Of a DNA stretch of 64,000 nucleotides, positions 34,578 through 42,994 are shown one piece after another. Made by a program: the position numbers and the translations under genes. Origin of the DNA: an uncultured Acidobacteriota bacterium (GTDB lineage Bacteria > Acidobacteriota > Thermoanaerobaculia > UBA5066); assembly GCA_963839295.1 (NCBI GenBank), contig CAWIUK010000010.1, forward strand, positions 305,511-369,510, written 5' to 3'. The notes beneath the pieces were generated by a model. The model was not told the DNA's origin, ran no database searches, and was given only the letters and a program-made list of their open reading frames with translations. How positions within the stretch are numbered: the stretch's first letter is position 1; every line of letters begins with the position of its first letter.

Positions 34578-37567
34578 GCGCGACGACTGCCCCCCGCAAC
34601 CTCGCGAGCCGGGCCTGGCAGGCGATCGACGAGCGCTTCCAGCTCTCGGGCCTCGTCACGTTCCTTTCGCACAAGGAGGTCCCGGCCTCCCATTCGATCG
34701 TCTGGTACTACCTCGGCGGCCTGTCGCTCTTCCTTTTCGTGGTTCAAATCGGCACGGGCATCCTCCTCCTCATGAACTACCAGGTCGGGGAGAACACGTC
34801 CTACGAGTCCATGAAGGTCCTCGTGGGCCGCGTCCCCTTCGGCTGGCTCGTCCGGTCGATCCACTGCTGGTCGGCGCACCTCATGAGCCTGTCCGTCCTC
34901 GCGCACCTGTTCAGCGTCCTGTTCGCGAAGGCGTACCGCAAGCCGCGCGAGCTCACGTGGTATTCGGGCTTCGCGATGCTCGGGCTCGTCCTCGGCTTCG
35001 GTTTCTCGGGCTACCTCCTACCGTGGAACGAGCTGAGCTACTTCGCGACGGCGGTCGGCACGGACTCCGTGAAGGCCGTTCCCGTCGTCGGGCCGTGGCT
35101 CCTGCGCGTGCTGCGCGGCGGTGAGGAAGTCTCCGTCCAGACGCTCTACCGCTTCTTCGCCCTGCACGTCTGCATCCTGCCGCTCGTGATGGCGGGCCTC
35201 ATCGGCGCCCATCTCCTCTTCATCCAGAGGCAGGGGATGGCCGACCCGATGGTGTCCGGTCACGAGCCGCCGAAAAAGAAGAGCGGGATGCCGTTCTTCC
35301 CGAACTTCGCCCTGCGCGACCTGCTCCTGTGGGTCATCGTCCTGAACGTCCTCGCGCTCCTCGCCGTCGTCCTCCCGTTCGGCCCGGGCATCCCGGGTGC
35401 GGAGTGGGTGCTCGGCGACAAGGCGAACCCGCTCAAGCCCGCGTACCCGGGCATCAAGCCCGAGTGGTACTTCCTGTGGGTCTACCAGATGCTGAAGGAG
35501 TTCCCGGCGCATTTCCTCGGGATGGAGGGGCCGCAGGCCTGTCTCCTGGTCGCGACGGTTCTCATGGGCATCGCGTTCTTCGTGCCGCTCCTCGACCGCA
35601 ACGCGGCGAAGGGCAAGCCGAGCCCGCTCTTCACGGACCTCGGCGTCGCGGGCATCCTCTTCCTCGGGTTCCTGACGCTCAAGGCATGGGACCTCGGCGT
35701 GACGGTCCCGAAGGGGAAAGACCCGACCGCCGATCCCGTCCTCGCGAACACGATCGCGCGCACCGCGGCGATCTGGATCCTCGGAATCGGACTCCTCGTG
35801 ACCGCCCTCCGGCGCCTGAAGTGGAAGCACGCCGCGTTCGACTTCACGATCGCCGTCCTCCTGCAGGCCACCCTGAACGGCTTTGCGCACCTCACCTGGC
35901 TCGTGTCCGGCGGGATCGCGCTCGCGGCGCTCGCGGCGATGGCGATCTTCCGGCGCGTGAAGGCGTCCGGCGCGGTCGCCGCGTCCGTGCTCGTCCTCGC
36001 AGCGCTCCTCGCGCCGCCGGCGCGCGCCGAAGAAAAGACGGGCAAGGCCGCGGCCCCCGCGGCCCCGGCGACCGCTTCGGCGCCCGCGGGCCACGTGGCC
36101 GAGGACGCCTGGCCGGCCGACTTCCGGAAGATGTTCGACGCGACCGAGAAGAACGTCCCGGTCCTCGACGAGAAGGCCCGCGCACGTTTCAACGCGCTGC
36201 CGACGCATGCTCAGGAGCTGTTCTTCGCGGCCGCGAAGGCCGGGACCCTGTCGGGGGGGACGCACCTCGCGGCCCTCCTCGCGCTCGACGTCGACGACCG
36301 CAAGGTCGAGCTCATCCTCGGCGACAACTGCTTCCTCTGCCACTCGAACCCGGACCTCCCGGACGAGATCCTCTTCCGCAAGAGGGAGAAGGGCGACCCG
36401 CTCGCCCACCTCGACATCCGCGAGGTCGTCGCGGACGTCCACATCCGCGGCGGACTGATGTGCTCGGGCTGCCACGGCGGCAAGCCGACGGACACGGAGA
36501 TGTCGCCCGAGATCGCGAAGCGCTGGCCCTCGTCCGAGGTTCGCCACAAGGACCGCTCGTGGATTCCCGGTTTCTGCGCGACCTGCCACTCCTCGAGCGA
36601 GTTCATGCGGGCCTACAACCCTTCGCTTCCGGTCGACCAGCTCCTGAAGTACCGGACGTCCAAGCACGGCCAGCTCCTCCTCGAGAAGAAGGACTCCAAG
36701 GCCGCTCAGTGCGTCAGCTGCCACGGCGTGCACGGGATCCGCCCGCCCGACAGCACGAACTCCATGGTCTACCGCGAGAACATCCCCGCGACGTGCGGCC
36801 GGTGCCACGCGGACGCGGACTACATGAAGGGGTACACGAAGGAAGACGGCAAGACGCCTCTGCCGACGAACCAGCTCGAGCAGTACAAGAAGAGCGTCCA
36901 CGGCCTCGCGCTCCTCGTCAGGCACGATGCCGGCGCCCCCGCCTGCAACAGCTGCCACGGAAACCATGCGGCGCTCCCGCCGCAGGTCTCGTTCGTCTCG
37001 CAGGTCTGCCGGACGTGTCACGCCGCGAACGGCGGCCTCTTCGACGGCAGCCCGCACAAGAAGGCGTTCGAGAAGCACGGCTGGCCCGAGTGCGAGACGT
37101 GCCACGGCAAGCACGACATCGCGCGGCCGACGGACGAGATGCTGAACGACGACCCGAAGGCTCTCTGCCACGACTGCCACGGGAAGTACGGCCAGCCGAA
37201 GTGCGACGAGACGGCGCGCTACTTCTACAAGTCGATCACGTCCCTCGCCGGGTCGCACGAGGCGCTCGACAAGGACGTCGACGAGCTGCTCGAGCGCGGC
37301 TTCGACGTCGACGAGCTGCGCTTCCAGTCCAGCGCCGTGAGCGACGCGCTGCGCAAGACGCGCCTCGGCATCCACACGTTCGACCGGAGCGACTTCGCGC
37401 GCGACGCGGACGCCACGGGCCGGGCCCTCGACGGCCTGAAGAAGGGTGTCGGGGACGTGTGGAAGGAGTATCGGTTCCGCCGAAACGGGCTGCTCCTCGC
37501 GACCGTCCTCATCTCGCTCTTCGGCGTCCTCCTCTACCTGAAGATCCGCCAGGTGGACCGGCGATGA
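34574..37567 (+). CDS. Cytochrome b (b6 + subunit IV-like) fused to a nonaheme c-type cytochrome
   Basis: ATGA overlap with the Rieske stop. Helix B His pair (HCWSAH...LAH), helix D H-x14-H, and a PEWY motif. Nine CxxCH motifs lie between 36329 and 37180, followed by a C-terminal TM helix. Confidence 0.85.
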   Translation: MSATTAPRNLASRAWQAIDERFQLSGLVTFLSHKEVPASHSIVWYYLGGLSLFLFVVQIGTGILLLMNYQVGENTSYESMKVLVGRVPFGWLVRSIHCWSAHLMSLSVLAHLFSVLFAKAYRKPRELTWYSGFAMLGLVLGFGFSGYLLPWNELSYFATAVGTDSVKAVPVVGPWLLRVLRGGEEVSVQTLYRFFALHVCILPLVMAGLIGAHLLFIQRQGMADPMVSGHEPPKKKSGMPFFPNFALRDLLLWVIVLNVLALLAVVLPFGPGIPGAEWVLGDKANPLKPAYPGIKPEWYFLWVYQMLKEFPAHFLGMEGPQACLLVATVLMGIAFFVPLLDRNAAKGKPSPLFTDLGVAGILFLGFLTLKAWDLGVTVPKGKDPTADPVLANTIARTAAIWILGIGLLVTALRRLKWKHAAFDFTIAVLLQATLNGFAHLTWLVSGGIALAALAAMAIFRRVKASGAVAASVLVLAALLAPPARAEEKTGKAAAPAAPATASAPAGHVAEDAWPADFRKMFDATEKNVPVLDEKARARFNALPTHAQELFFAAAKAGTLSGGTHLAALLALDVDDRKVELILGDNCFLCHSNPDLPDEILFRKREKGDPLAHLDIREVVADVHIRGGLMCSGCHGGKPTDTEMSPEIAKRWPSSEVRHKDRSWIPGFCATCHSSSEFMRAYNPSLPVDQLLKYRTSKHGQLLLEKKDSKAAQCVSCHGVHGIRPPDSTNSMVYRENIPATCGRCHADADYMKGYTKEDGKTPLPTNQLEQYKKSVHGLALLVRHDAGAPACNSCHGNHAALPPQVSFVSQVCRTCHAANGGLFDGSPHKKAFEKHGWPECETCHGKHDIARPTDEMLNDDPKALCHDCHGKYGQPKCDETARYFYKSITSLAGSHEALDKDVDELLERGFDVDELRFQSSAVSDALRKTRLGIHTFDRSDFARDADATGRALDGLKKGVGDVWKEYRFRRNGLLLATVLISLFGVLLYLKIRQVDRR

Positions 37568-37616
37568 GGGCGCGCGCGCGAACGGAGCCGCCCGCAGCCT
37601 GACGGGAGGAAACCGC

Positions 37617-39203
37617 GTGACGGACGGCGGGCGCGTCGATCTTGAAGGCCGCGTGGCGCTCCTCGAGGGCGCCCTCAGGGACGTTTCCGCGCGGCTCGCC
37701 GCGCTCGAGACCGCCCGCACAGGAGCCGGCGAAGTGGCTCCGGCCGTCCTCCCGGCGTCCGAGGCCCCGTCCCCGGCCGCGCGTCCGGAGGCGGCGCTCG
37801 CCGTGTCGGAGCCGTCGGCGCCGGTCCCGGAGGCAGGCGAGGACGGCGCGCCGGTCGCGAACGCTCTCACCCTCGCGGGGCGGAGCTTCCTGGTTCTCGG
37901 CGGCGCGTTCCTGCTGCGCGCGATCACGGAAGGCGGGCGCGTGCCCGCCTTCTCCGGCGCGCTCCTCGGCCTCGCGTACGCGCTCCTCTGGATCGGAGCG
38001 TCGTGGCGTACGGGGACCCGGGGCGCGCGGGCGAGCGCGAGCGTGCACGGCGTGACGGCGGCCATCATCGCGTTCCCCCTCGTGGGCGAGGCCGCGACGC
38101 GGCTGTCCGCGTTCTCGCCGGCCGCGGCGGCGATCGCCCTCGCAGCCGTCACGGCCGCGTTCTGCGCGTCGGGAGTCCTCGCGCGCCTGCCCCTGCTCGT
38201 CTGGATCGGCGTCCTCGCGGGCGCCGGAACGGCCGGCGGACTCTTCGTCGCGACCGGGTCGATCGCGACGTTCGTGACGTTCCTTCTCGCGCTCTACGCC
38301 GCGTCGCTCGTCCTTCGCCGGGGGCCCGGTGCGACCCGGATCGAGTGGATCCCGGGCGTCGCCGCGGCGATCACTCTCGCGATCGGCGCCTGGCTTTCCA
38401 CGCGCTCCGGCGGGACGCCCGAGAACTGGAGCGCGGTCGGCCCGGCCGGCATCGCCGTGCTGGCGGCCGCGCTCGTCCTTCTCGCGTTCGCGGGGGCGAT
38501 TCACGATGCCTGGTCTCGAGGCCTCATGCCGACGGCGACGGACGTCCTGCAGCCTGCCGGGGCCATCACGGTCGTCGTCGGGATCCTCTGGGGTGGCGCG
38601 GCCGTGGCCATCTTCTGGAGCCTCCTCGGAATCGTGTTGTCGGCGCGGGCGCCCCGCGACGGGCGCGGGTGGATCGCCTGGCTCGCCGGGGGAGTGGTCC
38701 TCGGCTCGTCCGTGCTCTCGGGTCTCTTCCGCGACGAGGTGCTCGCGTTCGTCGTGGCGCCGGACGCGTTCCCGTCCGCGTCGGGTCCGGCGGTGTTCGC
38801 CGGCATCGCGGCGCTCGTCGCCTACGTCGTCGCGGCGGCTGGCGTTCCCTCCGCGCCCGTCCTCAGGGGAGGGCCGGCGCTCGTGAGCGCGGCCGTCGCG
38901 CTGGGCGGCATCCTCGCGTTTGCGGTCGGGCTCGCGCCGTTCACGTCGACGCCGTCCGGCATCGCGCTCGTCCGCACCGCCGTCCTGTGCGCCGCCGCGC
39001 TCGCGGCGGCCTTCACGGCGCGCTGGCCGAGGCTCGCGACGCTGGCGCTCCTCGCGCTGCCTCTTCTCGCCGCGGCGGGGCTGAAGCTCCTCTTCGAGGA
39101 CCTGCGCGCCGGCCAGCCGGCGGCTCTGTTCGTGGCGTTCGCGATCTACGGGATCACTCTTCTCCTCGTGTCGCGGCTCGTGCGGCGAAGGAAGAGAGAT
39201 TGA
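37617..39203 (+). CDS. DUF2339-like polytopic membrane protein
   Basis: N-terminal coiled coil (LEGRVALLEGALRDVSARLAALE) is followed by >10 hydrophobic helices. Confidence 0.5.
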   Translation: MTDGGRVDLEGRVALLEGALRDVSARLAALETARTGAGEVAPAVLPASEAPSPAARPEAALAVSEPSAPVPEAGEDGAPVANALTLAGRSFLVLGGAFLLRAITEGGRVPAFSGALLGLAYALLWIGASWRTGTRGARASASVHGVTAAIIAFPLVGEAATRLSAFSPAAAAIALAAVTAAFCASGVLARLPLLVWIGVLAGAGTAGGLFVATGSIATFVTFLLALYAASLVLRRGPGATRIEWIPGVAAAITLAIGAWLSTRSGGTPENWSAVGPAGIAVLAAALVLLAFAGAIHDAWSRGLMPTATDVLQPAGAITVVVGILWGGAAVAIFWSLLGIVLSARAPRDGRGWIAWLAGGVVLGSSVLSGLFRDEVLAFVVAPDAFPSASGPAVFAGIAALVAYVVAAAGVPSAPVLRGGPALVSAAVALGGILAFAVGLAPFTSTPSGIALVRTAVLCAAALAAAFTARWPRLATLALLALPLLAAAGLKLLFEDLRAGQPAALFVAFAIYGITLLLVSRLVRRRKRD

Positions 39204-39215
39204 TTTTCTGCTGAG

Positions 39216-39238
39216 AGCGGCCGCTTCCCGCGGCCGCT
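39216..39238. terminator. Hairpin between convergent genes
   Basis: AGCGGCCGC-TTCCC-GCGGCCGCT, a 9-bp perfect stem. Confidence 0.5.
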
Positions 39239-39286
39239 CCGGAACGAATCTGTCGCGCGCGCCGATAGCAGAAAACTCCTCTTCTA

Positions 39287-41062
39287 TTATTTCTCCGCCG
39301 CGACGATCGCGCGCAGCTCGGCCTGCGTGCGGGAGACGCCGCCGCGGACGACCGCGTTCACCTTCCTCAGGTTCGCGACGTCGAGGAGCGGGTCGGCGCC
39401 GACGAGGAGGAAGTCCGCCTGCTTGCCCTTCGCGATCGTTCCGACGTCGTCGCGTCCCATCGCGCGGGCGGCGACGCTCGTCGAGGCGACGAGGACCTCC
39501 ATCGGCGTGAGGCCGGCGGCCTGCATGGCCTCCATCTCGGCATGGACCGACGGCCCGTGGAGCGTCCCGGGATTTCCGGCGTCCGTTCCCATCGCGATCG
39601 GGATGCCCGCGTCCCGCACGCGCCGGAGGTTCGCGGCCGCGACGGTCCTCGTGGACGCCGCGCGCTTCTCGAAGCGGGAGAGGTCGATTTCCTTCGGCAG
39701 CTCCAGATGGGCCGTCTCGGCGAGCCGGGCCCGCGTGGAGGGATCGACGCAGCCGTTCGGGTCGTCGAACGCGACGGGCGCGTGTGCGGCGAAGCCCCTC
39801 GCGACGGCGACGTAGCCGTCCAGGACGACGAGCGTCGGGTCGTAGATCGTGCCGTTCGCCTTCGCGAGCGCGAGGAACTCGTCGTCGACGGGCAGGTCCG
39901 AGACGCTGTGGACGAGGAGCTTCGCCCCGGCCTTCAGCGCGACCTTGGCCTCGGCGAGGCCCGTCGCGTGGACGATGAGCGGGAGGCCGTTCCTCTTGGC
40001 CTCCTCGCCCGCGGCGAGGACCGCGTCCGACGTCACCGTGACGGGCAGATCGGGCCGCACGAGGTACCAGACCTTCACGGCCTTCGCGCCGCGCGCCTTG
40101 AGGTACGCGACCTCGGCCTTCGCGCTCGCGGCGTCCTTCAGGAGGAGGAACTGGCGCTCGCCGGGGAGCGTCACCCAGTGGTCGACCGTCGAGAGGAGCG
40201 GCCCGGCCGCGGCCACGCGCGGCGCGAGCGAGTCGTTCTCGGCGCGCGCGGGGAGATCGAGCGACCACGCGTACCCGCCGACGTCGAAAACCGACGTCAC
40301 GCCCGAGCACACGTACGACCGGAAGAAGCGCTCCGGCCGCTCGCGCAGCTCCTTCTGGACCGCGTCGTAAGGGTGCGCCGCGCGGACGTCGAACGCGTCG
40401 GGGCGGCCGTCCGCCCAGCCCGTCTGCGCGAAGTGGACGTGCGCGTCCACGAGGCCCGGCACGATCCACGAGCCCTTCGCGTCCGTGGCCGCGACGCCCT
40501 CCGGGACGGGGCACGCGGACGCGGGGCCCACGCACGCGATTCGCCCGTCGCGCACGAGGACGACGGCGTTCTTCACGGCAGGCGCGCCGGTGCCGTCCAC
40601 GAGCGTGGCGCCCGTCCAGGCGCGGGGCGGCGGAGGCGTGCCGGCCGGGGACTCGAAGGCCGACGTCACGGCGATGCGCCAGCCCTTCGGCGTCTTCAGG
40701 AAGAGCCGCTCGGAGAGGCCGGAATGCTCCTCGGCGCCGTACCGGACGCGATACCGGTACGTTCCGGCGACGACGCCGGGGGAGACCGGCGTGAGCCTGA
40801 GGTCCTCCGCGACGAGCGTGTCGGGCCACTTCTCGCCCGCCTGCTTCGCGAAGTCCGCGAAGCCGAGGACGGGCCCCTCGGGCGCGACGCGGACGAGCTG
40901 CGCCGAGTCGAGGTAGCACGCGAGGTACGCGGCCTTGTCGCGTGTCTGGATCGCGGCGAGATTCCGCTCGAAGAGCGCCCGCGCATCGTCGACGTCGGAG
41001 GCGAGGATTGAGGAGGACGCTGCACAGAGGAATGCCCACACGAGTAGACGAAGACGTTTCAT
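39287..41062 (-). CDS. Secreted amidohydrolase with N-terminal NTF2-like (DUF4440/SnoaL-like) domain
   Basis: Start at MKRLRLLVWAFLCAASSSILA. The first ~130 aa are NTF2-fold-like. Then VPGLVDAHVHF and later amidohydrolase motifs. Confidence 0.75.
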   Translation of the reverse strand: MKRLRLLVWAFLCAASSSILASDVDDARALFERNLAAIQTRDKAAYLACYLDSAQLVRVAPEGPVLGFADFAKQAGEKWPDTLVAEDLRLTPVSPGVVAGTYRYRVRYGAEEHSGLSERLFLKTPKGWRIAVTSAFESPAGTPPPPRAWTGATLVDGTGAPAVKNAVVLVRDGRIACVGPASACPVPEGVAATDAKGSWIVPGLVDAHVHFAQTGWADGRPDAFDVRAAHPYDAVQKELRERPERFFRSYVCSGVTSVFDVGGYAWSLDLPARAENDSLAPRVAAAGPLLSTVDHWVTLPGERQFLLLKDAASAKAEVAYLKARGAKAVKVWYLVRPDLPVTVTSDAVLAAGEEAKRNGLPLIVHATGLAEAKVALKAGAKLLVHSVSDLPVDDEFLALAKANGTIYDPTLVVLDGYVAVARGFAAHAPVAFDDPNGCVDPSTRARLAETAHLELPKEIDLSRFEKRAASTRTVAAANLRRVRDAGIPIAMGTDAGNPGTLHGPSVHAEMEAMQAAGLTPMEVLVASTSVAARAMGRDDVGTIAKGKQADFLLVGADPLLDVANLRKVNAVVRGGVSRTQAELRAIVAAEK

Positions 41063-41075
41063 GTGCGGGATTATT

Positions 41076-41103
41076 GGAGATTTCTTAGAAAGGTGAGTGG
41101 GGC
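41076..41103 (+). repeat. Low-GC dispersed repeat, copy C
   Basis: GGAGATTTCTTAGAAAGGTGAGTGGGG, in the 5' region of the amidohydrolase gene. Confidence 0.7.
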
Positions 41104-41145
41104 GCGTGCAGCGCGTCAAGCCGCAGCGTCTCCCGCCGCCGATGT

Positions 41146-41170
41146 CCCTCTTCACCTTCTAAGAAGAACT
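41146..41170 (-). repeat. Low-GC dispersed repeat, copy D (inverted partner of C)
   Basis: CCCTCTTCACCTTCTAAGAAGAACT. It contains the GH3 gene stop codon (41152-41154). Confidence 0.7.
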
Positions 41171-42984
41171 GCCGTGGGTTCAAGGGGCGCAGCAGGTCTG
41201 GCAATCCCGTCCCCCCGCTTTGCGAGGCCCGGGATCGTGATCGGGAGATGCCCCTCGATCGCGGCCTCGCCGAACAGCGCCCGGACGGCCGCGACCTGAA
41301 CGACGTCCTGCGAGCCCCATGCGCAGAGGTACGTCGGGAGGGCGGGGAAGTCGCGCAGGAGGTACGGGCTTCCGAACGCGACCGCCACGACGGGCTTGCC
41401 GGAGGCGAGGAGGGCCGGGATCGCGATTCTTGCGGCGTCGGGGATCACGAACCTGCCCTGCCCGGAGCGCGCCCTCACGAACAGCGAGAGGAGGACGACG
41501 TCGGCGTCGCCGGCGGCCGCACCGGCGGCCTTCGCCTCGTCGGGCGTCGAGCGCGTGTCGAGGCGGACGATTTTCGCGCCCGGGACGCGCGAGCTGATCT
41601 CCCTGTTGAGCGTCCCGGCCGGCCCGTTGAGCGTCGGTTCGTCCGCGACGACGAGGGAGAGGAGTTTCCCGTCCCTCCCGAGCGGGAGGACGCCCGCGTC
41701 CACGCGCACGAGCGTCATCGAGCGGCGCGCGATCTCGGCCTCGAGGTCCTCGTGCGCGCGCGTCCCGACGATCGTCGCGATCTTCGCGACGGCCGGGACG
41801 CCCTTGTCGTAGAGCTCGAGACGCTTCTTGGCGTCGAGAATGCGCCGGACGCTCTCGTCGATCCGCGATTCGGGGATGCGGCCCGACCGGACGGCGGCGA
41901 TCACGGTCTTGACGGCGGCGTCCGTGTCGCTCGACAGGAGGATCTGGTCGGCTCCCGCGAGGATCGCGCGGATCGCGGCCTCGCCCGGCTCGTAGTAGGA
42001 GGTGATGCCGCCCATCCGCATCGCGTCCGTCACGACGAGGCCCTCGAAGCCGAGCTCCTTCCGCAGGACTCCGGTCACGATGGGGGCCGAGAGCGTGGCG
42101 GGGACCGCGCCGGACGGGGCCGCGACGACGTCCCCGATCGCGTCGACCGGCCGCGGCGGGTGCGCGAGAGCCGACACGGTCGTGGAATCGAGGGCGGGGA
42201 CGGAGACGTGCGCGATCATGACGGAGCCGGCGCCCGCGGCGATCCCGGCGCGGAACGGGACGAGCTCGACGGATTCGAGCCGCGCCCGGTCGGCGGACAC
42301 GGTCGCGAGCGAACGGTGCGAGTCCTCGGCGGTATCGCCGTGGCCGGGGAAGTGCTTCAGCGTCGCGAGGACGTGTCCGGACTGCAGGCCGCGAACGGTC
42401 GCCGCGACGTAGCGCGCGACGTCGGCCGGATCCTCGCCGAAGCTCCTCACGTTGATGACCGGGTTGTCGGGATTCACGTTCACGTCCGCGACCGGGGCGA
42501 AGACCTGAGCGACGCCGATCGCGCGCGCCTCCTCGGCAGTCGCGCGGCCCTGGCGCTCGGCCAGGGACGGGTCTCCGGTCGCGGCGATCGCCATCGCCCA
42601 GGGGCCATATGTTGCGTCCTCGAAGCGCATGCCCGACCCGGCCTCGAGATCGGCCGAGACGAGGAGAGGTGTGGGGGCCATCTCCTGCAGCTTCTGGATC
42701 AGGACCGCGGCCCCGTAGACGGTGGAGCGGGAGGAGAGGATCACGCCGCCGACGCGGTTGTCCACGACGTAGTGCCGGAGCGTCTGAAATGCGGCGGCAT
42801 CCTCGCTCATGAACGCCCCTCTCGCTTCGACGACGAAGAGCTGGCCGACCTTGTCCGCGAGGGGCATCGCGGAGACGCGGAGCGGCGGGACGGGACCCGG
42901 CGCCCGCATCGGGGCCGGGGGCGCGACGCAGGCGCCCGCGAGCGCCGCGAGGAGGACGGCGGCAGTCAGGGCGGGTCGGCGCAT
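41152..42984 (-). CDS. Glycoside hydrolase family 3 (NagZ-like beta-N-acetylhexosaminidase) with C-terminal domain, secreted
   Basis: Signal peptide MRRPALTAAVLLAALAGACVA. KHFPGHGDT and VSADLEAG motifs typical of GH3. Confidence 0.85.
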   Translation of the reverse strand: MRRPALTAAVLLAALAGACVAPPAPMRAPGPVPPLRVSAMPLADKVGQLFVVEARGAFMSEDAAAFQTLRHYVVDNRVGGVILSSRSTVYGAAVLIQKLQEMAPTPLLVSADLEAGSGMRFEDATYGPWAMAIAATGDPSLAERQGRATAEEARAIGVAQVFAPVADVNVNPDNPVINVRSFGEDPADVARYVAATVRGLQSGHVLATLKHFPGHGDTAEDSHRSLATVSADRARLESVELVPFRAGIAAGAGSVMIAHVSVPALDSTTVSALAHPPRPVDAIGDVVAAPSGAVPATLSAPIVTGVLRKELGFEGLVVTDAMRMGGITSYYEPGEAAIRAILAGADQILLSSDTDAAVKTVIAAVRSGRIPESRIDESVRRILDAKKRLELYDKGVPAVAKIATIVGTRAHEDLEAEIARRSMTLVRVDAGVLPLGRDGKLLSLVVADEPTLNGPAGTLNREISSRVPGAKIVRLDTRSTPDEAKAAGAAAGDADVVLLSLFVRARSGQGRFVIPDAARIAIPALLASGKPVVAVAFGSPYLLRDFPALPTYLCAWGSQDVVQVAAVRALFGEAAIEGHLPITIPGLAKRGDGIARPAAPLEPTAVLLRR

Positions 42985-42994
42985 GGCACCTCGT

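Noticed and set aside
37509-41039. Very long ORFs (1176 aa here; also 35018-38152, 58101-60575, 22947-26114, 12377-14710 and many others) rich in Arg/Gly/Pro/Ala
   Set aside because: They run antisense or out of frame to ORFs with clear family motifs. They lack any recognisable domain and have the composition expected from stop-codon-poor alternative frames of high-GC DNA. I treat them as artefacts.
41082-41099. The core TTAGAAAGGTGA resembles the complement of the 16S rRNA 3' tail (TTAGAAAGGAGGTGATC), which would make it an extended Shine-Dalgarno sequence
   Set aside because: The GGAGG centre is missing. Copies occur in both orientations and inside ORFs. Start codons are not consistently placed 5-10 nt downstream (only possibly at 46263 and 52126). 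I keep it as a curiosity, not a call.
41076-41170. Possibility that the short repeats form a CRISPR array
   Set aside because: The copies are scattered over 60 kb with irregular spacing and both orientations. No regular repeat-spacer periodicity and no cas genes are present.
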